From the NCBI GenBank assembly GCA_963813535.1, contig CAWEZH010000002.1:1152001-1216000 (forward strand): a stretch of 64,000 bases of DNA, in the 5' to 3' direction. This stretch comes from an uncultured Chloroflexia bacterium (GTDB taxonomy: Bacteria > Chloroflexota > Limnocylindria > Limnocylindrales > CSP1-4). The notes below the pieces were generated by a model. That model was given only the letters and a program-made list of their open reading frames with translations. It ran no database searches and was not told the origin of the DNA. Each line of letters begins with the position of its first letter. Positions within the stretch are counted from its first letter, which is position 1. Both the position numbers and the translations under genes were made by a program. Of this stretch, positions 50,940 to 60,091 are shown piece by piece.

Positions 50940-52253
50940 TCAGGCGCTCACCGGCACGCCGGTCCTGGCGACGCGCTCGACGAGTTCTGCGGCGCGGGCG
51001 GTCCCCGACGTGGACTTGATACGGGCAGACATCGCCGCGAGTCGATCCGCCAGGGCCTGATCGCCGAGGAGCTGGTCGATCGCACCGGTCAGCTGGGCGT
51101 CCTCGAAGCCGTACGTCGAGAGCCGCTTGCCGAAGCCCGTCTCGTCGACCCGTTGGGCATTGTCGACCTGATCCCAGAACAGCGGCAGGACGATCATCGG
51201 CTTGCCGTGGTGGAACGCCTCGGTGACGGTGTTGTTGCCGCCGTGCGTGATGACCAGGTCGACCATCGGCAGGATCGCGGGCTGGGGCAGGAAGCCCTCC
51301 CCGGTCTGGTTGTCACGGAGCGTGATCTGGTCGGCGAGCGGGCCCTTGGACACGATCACCCGGTGCTCGGTCGTGGCCAGCACGTCGACCAGCCGCTGCA
51401 TCAGGGACACGTCGGCCGACCCGAGCGACCCCAGGGAGAGGAAGATCAACGCTCCATCCCGCTCGGCCAGCTCCGACGGCAGCTCCCACGAGGTCTCAGC
51501 TGCCCGGACCGTGGAATCGAGCCGGTGCCAGGTCGGTCCGAGCGGTTCCGCCCGCTCGTAGTCGGCCTCGGCCGGATAGGAGTACAGGTTCAGGTACGGG
51601 GACTCGGCGATGAACTCCGGCCCGAGCGCGCCGTAGCTCAATCCGGATTCGCCATGCTCGCGGCAGAACGCATCGAAATCGGCCCACATCTCACCGAGCG
51701 TCCGGCGGACCTCGTCGAGGAAGTCCGCCCACGCGCTCTGATCGGCGACGGGATAACCGCTGCTGAACGGGGCGATCCGGGGATCCTTCATCTCCATGGG
51801 GTTGCACGACACGATGCGGACCCACGGTCGACCGCTGGCGGCGATCGCCGGGAAGGCCACGACGTTGTCCTCGACGATCACGTCGGGCGCCACCTCGTCG
51901 AAGATCTCGGCGAGTCGCGGGTCCACGTACTTCGAGCCATCGATGAGCGCCTGCCATGTCGGCGCGATGAACTCCCCGAGCTGCTCGAGGGTCGACTTGC
52001 GGAAGACCGGTGCGGTGTCGCGGATGAAGTCGATCCAGAACTGGCCCGGCACCTCGGGCTCGGCCGGCGGTGGGCCGAGCCGCATGAGCCGCTCCTCGAA
52101 GCCCTTCGCCTCGAGCGTGCCAGCGAACGACTCCTCGATGATGAACACGACGCGGTGGCCGCGCGCCCGGAGCACCTGCCCGATCCCGACGCAGTTGTTG
52201 GTCGGGCCGTAGGCGCCCTCCGGGAAGAAGACGATCGTGCGCGCGTCAGTCAC
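50940..52253 (-). CDS. GT1/MGT-family glycosyltransferase
   Basis: SLGSLG, FLPQPAIL..VITHGGNNT..PLFWDQ..NA. Confidence 0.9.
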   Translation of the reverse strand: MTDARTIVFFPEGAYGPTNNCVGIGQVLRARGHRVVFIIEESFAGTLEAKGFEERLMRLGPPPAEPEVPGQFWIDFIRDTAPVFRKSTLEQLGEFIAPTWQALIDGSKYVDPRLAEIFDEVAPDVIVEDNVVAFPAIAASGRPWVRIVSCNPMEMKDPRIAPFSSGYPVADQSAWADFLDEVRRTLGEMWADFDAFCREHGESGLSYGALGPEFIAESPYLNLYSYPAEADYERAEPLGPTWHRLDSTVRAAETSWELPSELAERDGALIFLSLGSLGSADVSLMQRLVDVLATTEHRVIVSKGPLADQITLRDNQTGEGFLPQPAILPMVDLVITHGGNNTVTEAFHHGKPMIVLPLFWDQVDNAQRVDETGFGKRLSTYGFEDAQLTGAIDQLLGDQALADRLAAMSARIKSTSGTARAAELVERVARTGVPVSA

Positions 52254-52286
52254 TCGGGGAGTCCCCTCCTGCGGTTGGCGGCCAAT

Positions 52287-53051
52287 CTACCGTCCCAGCG
52301 CGAGGGCGATGGCAAGGGTCGCGACTGCTGCCACGGCCACGACGGCGTCGACCGGCGACCAGCGCAGCTCGCGGTAATGCGTCCGTTCTCCGGATCCGAA
52401 CGCGCGGGCGTCCATCGACACGGCCATGCGATCGGCATGGCGGATGGCGAGGACCAGCAGACCGACGAACAGCCGCGGATGCCAGCCGGCCCGCAGGCCG
52501 CGGATACGACGGGCCTGGCGCAGGGTCGTGAGGTCCTCGGCGAAGCGTGGGATCGCCTGGTAGGCCGCCAGGGCACCGTAGGCGAAACGGCTCGGCACGC
52601 GTGCCTGCTGGACGAGCGAATCGGCGAGACGGGTCGGGTCGGTCGTCAGCGCGAAGACTGCGCCGACGCACGCGATCGCGGCCACCCGCAGCATGATCGA
52701 GACGCCATTGACGAACGCCTCCTCGGCGATGCGGACGGGACCGATCTGGATGAGTGTGGCCGTGGCCGGATCGCCGTTCGCGGCCGAGAACAACATGTTC
52801 GACAACCCGATGACGAGCGCCGCCAGCCAGACCGGCGCGAGGGTCCGCCCGAGTGCCAGCGGTGGGATGCCGCCGAGCGTGAGACCAGCCCCGAGCGCGA
52901 CCACCGCGAGGACGACCGGCGGCACCGGGTGGAGGGTGAACGCCAGCCCGACAAGCCAGAGCACGGCGATCGCCAGCTTCACGACGGGACTGGTCCGTCC
53001 GAGCAGGCTGTCGAGCTGGGCGTCCTCGACCACCAGGCGATCCGCGATCAT
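52287..53051 (-). CDS. ykoC: ECF transporter T component
   Basis: Multiple TMs; ARRIRG and MDARAF Arg motifs. Confidence 0.85.
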   Translation of the reverse strand: MIADRLVVEDAQLDSLLGRTSPVVKLAIAVLWLVGLAFTLHPVPPVVLAVVALGAGLTLGGIPPLALGRTLAPVWLAALVIGLSNMLFSAANGDPATATLIQIGPVRIAEEAFVNGVSIMLRVAAIACVGAVFALTTDPTRLADSLVQQARVPSRFAYGALAAYQAIPRFAEDLTTLRQARRIRGLRAGWHPRLFVGLLVLAIRHADRMAVSMDARAFGSGERTHYRELRWSPVDAVVAVAAVATLAIALALGR

Positions 53052-54514
53052 GCGACGTCCCCGCCTGCCGCCGGCCCGTCGCGGATGATCCAGCCGGTAT
53101 CCATCTCCACGATCCTGGTCGCGACGTCGCGGACGAACCGCTCGTCGTGGGTGGCCGCGATCAGCGAGGCGCCGGCGTCGAGGTGCTCGTCGAGGATGCC
53201 AAGCAGGCCCTCGTAGCCCAGGCGGTCCTGTCCGAACGTGGGCTCGTCCAGGACCAGCACATCGGGACGCCGGATCAGGATGCATGCGAGGGACAATCGC
53301 CGCTGCTCACCGCCGGACAACCGATACGGGCTGCGCCCCTCGAACCGATCGAGCGGCAGGCCGAGCCGGGTCATCAGGTCGTCGACGCGACCGCGTTCCT
53401 CGTCGGTCAGCCCCAGCCGGACCTCGTCGCCGACCGTCTGGGCGAGGAACTGGCGTTCCGGTTCCTGGAAGACATAGCCCGCGTGCCGGGCGAGGGTCGC
53501 CGCCGGCATCTCCGCCGGGTCCTCGCCGCGCAGGTCGACCGTCCCGTGGTCGGGTCGCAGCAAGCCGACCAGGAGGCGCCCGAAGGTCGACTTCCCTGCC
53601 CCATTCGGCCCGACGATCGCGATCCGTTCGCCGGCCGAAGCGTCGAAGGTGATATCGCGGACCGCGGGGTCGCCGCGGTCATATCCGAATCGGAGGCCCC
53701 GCGTTCGGACCAGGACGTCACCGACAGACGCTGGGGGTCGCGCCGGCCGCACCGCATCCTCGCCCGGCAGCCAGATGCCCGCCGCCCGCATCGCGTCGCC
53801 GGATCTCGCCAGCACCTTGACCGGCGATCCGACGTCGATCGGTCGGCCGTCCGGACCGAGTGCGAGGACGACGTCGGCCAGCGGCCATGCCACATCGACC
53901 TGGTGCTCGATCAGCACCATGGTCGCACCTCGCGCGGCGCGGATGACGTCGAGCGTCGCCACGAGCGCCGAGGCGCCGGTGGTGTCGAGGCTGGCGGTCG
54001 GCTCGTCCAGGACGAGCAGCCCGGGCCGCGGCGCGAGGGCACCGGCCAGGGCAAGGCGCTGTTGCTGGCCACCCGATAGCTGGCGAGTGCGGAGTCGCTC
54101 GGTACCGGCAAGACCGACCTCGGCGAGTGCCTGGGGTACGCGCGAGTGCATCGCCTCGCGCTGCCAGCCCCGGTTCTCCAGGCCGAACGCGACGTCGTCC
54201 TCGACCCGATCCATCACGAGCTGCGTGGACGGGTCCTGGAGAACGAGGCCGACCTTGGCGGCGACGCCGACAGGCCCGAGGGCGAGGGCATCCTCGTCGT
54301 CGAGGTGCAGCGTCCCGCCGACGGTCGCAGGGATCTGGCCGGGGATCAGCCCGGCGATCGCCAGCGCGAGCGTGCTCTTGCCGGACCCCGAGGGCCCGAC
54401 GATGAGGAGGACGGACCCCGGCTCGAGGTCGAGGTCGACACCGGCCAACGCCGGACCGTCGGCCCCGGGATAGGTGACCGTGAGGTCCCTGGTGCGGAGT
54501 GCCGTCGGCGTCAG
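53048..54514 (-). CDS. ykoD: ECF transporter duplicated ATPase (probable CTG start)
   Basis: Two ABC domains (GPSGSGKS/LSGGQQQR; GPNGAGKS/LSGGEQRR, DEPTFGQD). Confidence 0.88.
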   Translation of the reverse strand: MTPTALRTRDLTVTYPGADGPALAGVDLDLEPGSVLLIVGPSGSGKSTLALAIAGLIPGQIPATVGGTLHLDDEDALALGPVGVAAKVGLVLQDPSTQLVMDRVEDDVAFGLENRGWQREAMHSRVPQALAEVGLAGTERLRTRQLSGGQQQRLALAGALAPRPGLLVLDEPTASLDTTGASALVATLDVIRAARGATMVLIEHQVDVAWPLADVVLALGPDGRPIDVGSPVKVLARSGDAMRAAGIWLPGEDAVRPARPPASVGDVLVRTRGLRFGYDRGDPAVRDITFDASAGERIAIVGPNGAGKSTFGRLLVGLLRPDHGTVDLRGEDPAEMPAATLARHAGYVFQEPERQFLAQTVGDEVRLGLTDEERGRVDDLMTRLGLPLDRFEGRSPYRLSGGEQRRLSLACILIRRPDVLVLDEPTFGQDRLGYEGLLGILDEHLDAGASLIAATHDERFVRDVATRIVEMDTGWIIRDGPAAGGDVA

Positions 54515-55104
54515 TCGGGGAATCCTTCGAGGACGCCGGCCTGCTTGAGCGCGCGATGCAGGGCGATCGATCCGCCGGCGACGATCACGACCGCCGAGAT
54601 CGCCATGAAGATGCCACGCACCAGTTGGACGACCAGGTCGACGTCTGCGTAGTAGAGCGCCCAATCGTGGATCCATGCCGCCGCGGCACTCGCCACGGCC
54701 GCAGTGGCGATCACCGGATACGTCCACGACCGGTAGAGCGTGAACGCGAAGACGAGCTCCGCGGCGGCGCCCTGGACGAAGCCTGACAGCAGGGTGTCGA
54801 CGCCCCATGGACCGCCGAGGAACGCCGCCACGCCGGCCGCCACCATCTCGGCGAAGAGCGCTGCACCGGGCTTGCGGATCACGAGCGGCGCCAGGACGGC
54901 TGGGACGAGCCAGACCGCGTAGAACAGGTCGCGCACCGGCAGGGCGACCGCCGAGAGCGCGCCGAGCGGACCGAACCAGATCAGCGTCCAGATCCAGAAC
55001 ACGACACCGAAGGCCACGCCGATCACCGCTGCGACGACGATGTCGCGCGTGCGCCAGCGCGTGTCGGGAATCTCGGTCGGCGTCGCCGCCCCGATCGTCG
55101 TCAT
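54511..55104 (-). CDS. ykoE: ECF S component, thiamine/HMP-precursor type
   Basis: WRTRDIVVAAVIGVAFG..IRKPGAALFAE..QG.AAE; lies downstream of a TPP riboswitch. Confidence 0.88.
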   Translation of the reverse strand: MTTIGAATPTEIPDTRWRTRDIVVAAVIGVAFGVVFWIWTLIWFGPLGALSAVALPVRDLFYAVWLVPAVLAPLVIRKPGAALFAEMVAAGVAAFLGGPWGVDTLLSGFVQGAAAELVFAFTLYRSWTYPVIATAAVASAAAAWIHDWALYYADVDLVVQLVRGIFMAISAVVIVAGGSIALHRALKQAGVLEGFPD

Positions 55105-55184
55105 GATCCGAACCTCCTCGGCCGATAACACAGAGACCGCCGTCACCGGGCTCCGGAACGTGCGTTTCTGGGATCGATGCTGGC

Positions 55185-55275
55185 CTGCTTCCTTCGCCGG
55201 TACGAGCCGGATCAGGTTCGGCGGGTCTGTGGCCTTCGCCACACTCTCAGCGCTCGAGGCGCTCCCCGGAGGCGG
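55185..55275 (-). ncRNA. TPP riboswitch
   Basis: GGGG..GCUGAGA..ACCC..GAACCUGAUCCGG.....UACCGGCGAAGGAAG consensus, upstream of ykoE. Confidence 0.93.
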
Positions 55276-56110
55276 TGTTCGGTTGTGCGCGAAGCCTAGC
55301 ACGCTGCCTGACCCACGCCACCACGTCGTCGAGGACCTGCGGCCCATCGGGCTCGTTGTGAAGCTCGTGCCGTAGGCCCGGGTAGGTCCGTCGCTCGACG
55401 TCGGGGGCACCCTCGAACACCTCGGAGCTCGCGGGCGGCACGAGCCCGTCGTCGAGACCGTGCATGACTAGGGTCGGCCCGCCGATCCGCCGGGCGCCGG
55501 CACGCACCCGCGCCTGCTCGTGGAGCGCCTCCGCGGCGAACCGGGCGGTGCTGGTGCGGCAGTTGAGCGGGTCCACCGCCAGCCGCCGGCCGACCTCGGG
55601 GTCGCGCGACAGCGTCTCCGGCGGGACGCCGTTGGGCACGGACAACGTCGGCACGATCCTGCCGACCAGTGGGGCGAGGGCCTTCTTCCAGGTAGCCAGC
55701 GTCGAGTCGAGTCCCGGTGCCGACAGGACGGTCACATCCGGCCGGGGCCGGTCCGAGAGCAGGTAGCCCGCACCGATCAGACCGCCCATCGAGTGCGCGT
55801 AGACGATCACCGGGCGACCGGCGGCTGTCTGGCGCACGGCAGCCAAGCGCTCCTCGAGGTCGTCGTGGTAGCGGCTCCACCGATCGATGTCCCCACGCCG
55901 GCCGTCGCTCGCGCCGTTGCCACGGTGGTCGTAGGCATGGGCGTCGATGCCCGCCGCGGCGAAATGGTCTCCGACGTGCTCGTAGCGGCCCGAGTGCTCG
56001 CCGAGGCCATGGACGATCAGGATCGACGCCCATGGATCGGAGGCCGGCCAGTGTCGGGTGAACAGCTCGATGCCGTCGGAGGTGACGGCTCGGCCGGTGA
56101 CGGAGGGCAT
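55247..56110 (-). CDS. Alpha/beta hydrolase (lysophospholipase/monoacylglycerol lipase-like)
   Basis: VHGLGEHSGRY, DHRGNG.S, AHSMGG, HGLDD, HELHNE. Confidence 0.9.
   Translation of the reverse strand: MPSVTGRAVTSDGIELFTRHWPASDPWASILIVHGLGEHSGRYEHVGDHFAAAGIDAHAYDHRGNGASDGRRGDIDRWSRYHDDLEERLAAVRQTAAGRPVIVYAHSMGGLIGAGYLLSDRPRPDVTVLSAPGLDSTLATWKKALAPLVGRIVPTLSVPNGVPPETLSRDPEVGRRLAVDPLNCRTSTARFAAEALHEQARVRAGARRIGGPTLVMHGLDDGLVPPASSEVFEGAPDVERRTYPGLRHELHNEPDGPQVLDDVVAWVRQRARLRAQPNTASGERLER
55293..55301 (-). promoter_or_regulatory. Extended -10 (TG-C-TAGGCT) for the riboswitch/ykoEDC transcript
   Basis: About 20 nt upstream of the aptamer, inside the 3' end of the hydrolase CDS. Confidence 0.5.
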
Positions 56111-56133
56111 GACGCGGCTAGGATGCATCAGGC

Positions 56134-56985
56134 ATGGGTGTGTCGGACGGGTGGGTCGAGATCGGCGATCGCGTCTTCGTACGGCGCTATGCCTTCTTTG
56201 ACCAGAACATCGGCCTCGTGCTCGGTCGGGCCGAAGCGCTCGTCATCGACACCCGGTCGACGTACGCGCAGGCGCGCGAGATCCAGGAGCACGTCCGCGA
56301 GCTGACCGACTCACCGATCGGCGTCGTCATCGACACGCACGGCCACTTCGACCACGCCTTCGGGAACGCCATCTTCCGACCGGCGACGATCTGGGGTCAC
56401 GAGCGTTGTGTCACGTTCATGGTCCGGACCGGCGAGGCGCGCAAGCGGACCATCGCGGTCGAGGAGCCGGGCCTTGCCGACGACCTCGCGGAGATCGTCA
56501 TCGATCCGCCGGACCGCGTCTTCGCCACCCATGCGCGCGTCGAGGTCGGCGGGCGAGAGGTCGTGCTGCGCTACCTGGGCCGCGGCCACACCGACCACGA
56601 CGTCGTCATCGAGGTTCCCGAGACGAACGTCGTCTTCGCCGGCGACCTCCTCGAGAACGGCAATGTCCCGTTCTTCGGCGATGCGTACCCGCTCGAGTGG
56701 CCCGACACGGTCTCGGCGCTCGCGGTCCGCGTGGCCAAGGATGGCGGGGTGGCGGTGCCCGGCCACGGCGACCATGGCGGTCGGGCGTTCGTCGATGCCC
56801 ACGTGGCGTCGCTGACGACCCTCGCCGAGCTCGCACAGCGCGTCGAAGGGGGCGAACTCACGCTCGAAGAAGCCCTCGCCGCCCATCCCTTCCCGGAGCA
56901 TCCGCCGGACGATGCGCGGCGCGGGTTCGAGCGAGCGCTGATGCAGGTCCGCGGCGAGCTCGACCGGCGCGAGGCCGCCTCGTGA
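56134..56985 (+). CDS. MBL-fold metallo-hydrolase
   Basis: THGHFDHAFGN, GHT..D, FAGDL, PGHG. Confidence 0.9.
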   Translation: MGVSDGWVEIGDRVFVRRYAFFDQNIGLVLGRAEALVIDTRSTYAQAREIQEHVRELTDSPIGVVIDTHGHFDHAFGNAIFRPATIWGHERCVTFMVRTGEARKRTIAVEEPGLADDLAEIVIDPPDRVFATHARVEVGGREVVLRYLGRGHTDHDVVIEVPETNVVFAGDLLENGNVPFFGDAYPLEWPDTVSALAVRVAKDGGVAVPGHGDHGGRAFVDAHVASLTTLAELAQRVEGGELTLEEALAAHPFPEHPPDDARRGFERALMQVRGELDRREAAS

Positions 56986-58187
56986 CGGAGGTCCTCTGGA
57001 ACGGGAGGATCTTCGACCCCGAGACCGGCGAGGCTGCGGAGCAGCGAGTGATCACGTTCGATGGGGACGCGATCGTGTCGATCGACGACGCGGTCGGCGA
57101 TCCGCCCGAGGGCGCACACGACCTCGACGGAGCGACCGTCCTGCCCGGCCTGATCGACGCCCACATGCACGTTCTGTCCGACACGTCGCGGAGCCCTGGC
57201 TTCGGACCGCCACCTGTCATGCCCGGGGAGCCGCCGCGACCGCCGAGCCTCGCCCACTACATCCTGGCAGCGACCGCGGACCGCGTCCTACGCTCGGGCT
57301 TCACGACGGTCCGTGACGTCGGTGCCTACGACGACGAGGTGCTGGCGCTTCGGGTGGCCATCGACACCGGCCTGGTCTCCGGCCCGCGGGTCTACACCTG
57401 CGGGCGGATCATCTCGGCCACCGGGCCCGGCGGTGAGATCTTCGGCTCGATGTACCGCGAGGCCGACGGCCCATGGGACATGCGCAAGGCGGTCCGCGAG
57501 CAGCTGCGGCGTGGGGCGGAGTTCATCAAGTTCATGGCCACCGGCGCGAGGTCCGTGGTGCTCGAGGATCCCGAGCCACCGCAGATGACGCTCGAGGAGA
57601 TGCGGGCGATCGTCGACGAGGCGCATCGGATGGGCAAACGGGTGTCCGCCCACGCCGAGGGCCTCGAGGGGACGCGACTGGCGCTCGAGGCCGGCGCGGA
57701 TACGATCGAGCACGGCCTCGCGCTCCACCGCGAGCCCCGGCTGCTCGACGAGATGGCCGAGCGCGGCACGGTCCTCGTGCCGACGTTGTCGACCTTCCAC
57801 GACCTGGCCGATCGATTCGCCAACATCTTCCCGCTCGTCCTGGTCGAGCAGGCCCGGCGCCAACTGGAGGAGGCGATGCGCACGGTCGAGACAGCCAGGC
57901 GTGCGGGCGTGACGATGGCGCTCGGCTACGACAGCGGGCCGCCGGGCACCTCGGCCTCGGAACTGCTCCGCCTGATCGAGGCAGGGATGACCACCGCCGA
58001 GGGTCTGCGGGCAGCAACGCTCGGGGGCGCGGCAGCGCTCGGCCGGGACGATCTCGGGCGGATCGGCGTCGGCTGCCGCGCCGACGTGGTCGTGGTGGAC
58101 GGCCGGCCGGACGAGGAACCGGCAGTCCTCACCCGGCCAGAGGCCATCCGGCTGGTGGTCGCTCGCGGGAGGGTGTTCGCGAGCTAG
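56982..58187 (+). CDS. Amidohydrolase (metal-dependent hydrolase A / prolidase-like)
   Basis: PGLIDAHMH, GFTTVRDVG, IKFMATG, AHAEG, TIEHG, GYDSG; GTGA overlap. Confidence 0.9.
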   Translation: MTEVLWNGRIFDPETGEAAEQRVITFDGDAIVSIDDAVGDPPEGAHDLDGATVLPGLIDAHMHVLSDTSRSPGFGPPPVMPGEPPRPPSLAHYILAATADRVLRSGFTTVRDVGAYDDEVLALRVAIDTGLVSGPRVYTCGRIISATGPGGEIFGSMYREADGPWDMRKAVREQLRRGAEFIKFMATGARSVVLEDPEPPQMTLEEMRAIVDEAHRMGKRVSAHAEGLEGTRLALEAGADTIEHGLALHREPRLLDEMAERGTVLVPTLSTFHDLADRFANIFPLVLVEQARRQLEEAMRTVETARRAGVTMALGYDSGPPGTSASELLRLIEAGMTTAEGLRAATLGGAAALGRDDLGRIGVGCRADVVVVDGRPDEEPAVLTRPEAIRLVVARGRVFAS

Positions 58188-58387
58188 TCCTCGAGGACGA
58201 ACGTCACGAGCATGTTCACCCGGTAGGCGATGATCCGGCCGTCCTCGATATCGACCTGTTGCTCCTTGATCCACGCCGACCTGACGTTGCGAAGGGTCTT
58301 GTTCGCGCGGTCGATGCCTTCGTTGATCGCGGCCTCGAAGCTCTGGCTCGAGCGGGAACTGATCTCGGTCACGCGTGCGACGGACAT
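58184..58387 (-). CDS. Dodecin family protein
   Basis: 67 aa; S..SFEAAI..GI.RA.KTLRNV..AWIKE..YRVN..VTF; AGGAGG RBS. Confidence 0.88.
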   Translation of the reverse strand: MSVARVTEISSRSSQSFEAAINEGIDRANKTLRNVRSAWIKEQQVDIEDGRIIAYRVNMLVTFVLED

Positions 58388-58423
58388 GTCGTCACCTCCT
58401 AGGTCTTGGGGGACGACGAAACC

Positions 58424-59443
58424 TTACCCCGCGCCCACCCGGACCACCCAGCGGCCGCGGGCGGCGCCCTCGAGGATGCCGTCGAGGGCGGGCTCCAGCG
58501 TGTCGAGCGTGACCTCGGTGATGCCATCACCCAGGGTCCGTGGCCGGAGGTCGTCCGCAAGACGCGCCCACACCTCGCGCCGGCGCTCGATCGGCATCTG
58601 GGCCGAGTCCATGCCGAGCAGCGCGACGCCGCGCAGGATGAACGGGAACACCGTCGTGTCGAGCTTCGGACCGCTGGCGTTGCCACTCGATGCGACCGCT
58701 GCGCCACTGCGCAAGGTCCGCAGAACGTACGGCAGCGTGGCCGCCCCGACCGGGTCGACCGCACCGGCCCATCGCTCGGAGTCGAGCGGTTTGCCCTCGG
58801 CGGTCACCTCGTCCCGCTCGAGGATGCCGGTGGCCCCGAGACCGCGGAGGCGATCCGCCTCATCGGCCTTGCCCGTCGCGGCCCACACCTCGTGGCCGCG
58901 CTGGGCCAGGATCGCCACGGCCGTGCTGCCCACGCCGCCGCTGGCGCCGGTCACCAGCACCGGGCCGTCGCCCGGCCGCAGTCCGTGTTCCTCGAGCGCC
59001 ACGACCGACATGGCGGCCGTGAACCCGGCCGTACCGATCGCCATCGCGTCACGCGTCGACAGGCGCTCATCGAGCGGCACGACCCAGCCGGCCGGCACGC
59101 GCTCGTATTCGGCGTACCCGCCGTGCCGGGCGACGCCCAGGTCGTACCCGTGCGCCACCACCTTCGATCCGGTGACGATCGATGGATCCGTGCTCGAGAT
59201 GACCTCGCCAGCCAGGTCGATCCCGGGGATGAGCGGATTGATGCGGGCGACCCTGCCGTCGATGCGCGTCGCGAGGCCGTCCTTGAAATTGACGCTCGAC
59301 CAGTCCACCCGGATCTCGACGTCGCCTTCTGGAAGGTCGCTCGACGCGACGTCGCGGACCCCGCGCTGGATACGCGGCACGCCATCGGGTCCGTCGACCT
59401 TCTCCGCAACGTATCCCCGGAAGGATGGCGGGATCGAGCTCAT
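58424..59443 (-). CDS. acuI: AcuI/YhdH-type quinone oxidoreductase / acryloyl-CoA reductase
   Basis: SSVNFKDGLA, PGIDLAG, GTAGFTA, TGASGGVG, PFILRGVALLG.DS. Confidence 0.85.
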   Translation of the reverse strand: MSSIPPSFRGYVAEKVDGPDGVPRIQRGVRDVASSDLPEGDVEIRVDWSSVNFKDGLATRIDGRVARINPLIPGIDLAGEVISSTDPSIVTGSKVVAHGYDLGVARHGGYAEYERVPAGWVVPLDERLSTRDAMAIGTAGFTAAMSVVALEEHGLRPGDGPVLVTGASGGVGSTAVAILAQRGHEVWAATGKADEADRLRGLGATGILERDEVTAEGKPLDSERWAGAVDPVGAATLPYVLRTLRSGAAVASSGNASGPKLDTTVFPFILRGVALLGMDSAQMPIERRREVWARLADDLRPRTLGDGITEVTLDTLEPALDGILEGAARGRWVVRVGAG

Positions 59444-59511
59444 GCCGACAGCGTAGCGTCGGGCTCGGAGGTGAGCCCGGTCGTCGCGGATCGCGCCCCG
59501 ACGCGACGCCC

Positions 59512-59985
59512 TCAGCGTTTGAACAGTTCGTGGTACCGCGAGCGGAAGACCTCCACCTCGTGGCTCACCGCACGCCATTCCGCCGTCCCCTCGGGGATCT
59601 CCACGAGCTTGCGTTCCGCGGCGCGCCAATGGGCGAGCGCCTGGCCGGCGGTGTGCATGACCGGCGGCGCGTCCGTGTCGGCGTCGACCTTCTCCATGAT
59701 CGCCATGAACCGCCCGTCCTCGATCGGCGTGATCCCGAATCTCACGCGAAGCGCCGACCCGTCGAGGAGCCGGATCGTGGCCTCGCCGCCGATGTCGGGC
59801 TCGCCCTGAACTTCCCATGCCTCGCGGAATGCCTTGCTCGCCTCGGGATCGGGGGGCTCCGGTGAGAACGCGCCCGCCGGCAGGGCGCGGATCTCGTCGA
59901 GGGAGACACGCAGGAGTTCCAGGGCCGCCGGGTTCGCATCGGCGGTCGTGCCGTCGGGGTTGATGATGAGCGTCGGCAGCGTCAT
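59512..59985 (-). CDS. Small PAS-domain protein with C-terminal helical hairpin
   Basis: 'IINPDG...ANPAALELL' PAS start; 'E..IRLLDG' strand; no recognisable output domain. Confidence 0.7.
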   Translation of the reverse strand: MTLPTLIINPDGTTADANPAALELLRVSLDEIRALPAGAFSPEPPDPEASKAFREAWEVQGEPDIGGEATIRLLDGSALRVRFGITPIEDGRFMAIMEKVDADTDAPPVMHTAGQALAHWRAAERKLVEIPEGTAEWRAVSHEVEVFRSRYHELFKR

Positions 59986-60091
59986 GTGGTCGGCTCGAGC
60001 ACAGCGATCGTTGACGGGAGCGGCCGGGTGAGCCCGGGCGGCGACCATCGGCCCGACGGCCGGGGTCGTCGTTCGGGTGGGTCGCTTCGGG

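Noticed and set aside
50393-52253. Glycosyltransferase and GNAT as part of the thiamine regulon or an antibiotic-modification cassette
   Set aside because: Only co-orientation supports it; the glycosyltransferase has its own SD and a -10-like box, and substrates cannot be inferred
43322-53216. Long alternative-frame ORFs (e.g. 43322..45388, 50916..53216; also 9032..10852 and 24459..26327)
   Set aside because: Shadow ORFs typical of high-GC DNA; Arg/Gly/Pro-rich, motif-less and overlapping well-supported genes
56134-56985. MBL-fold gene as a beta-lactamase
   Set aside because: No signal peptide, coupled to an amidohydrolase, and the HxHxDH fold is generic
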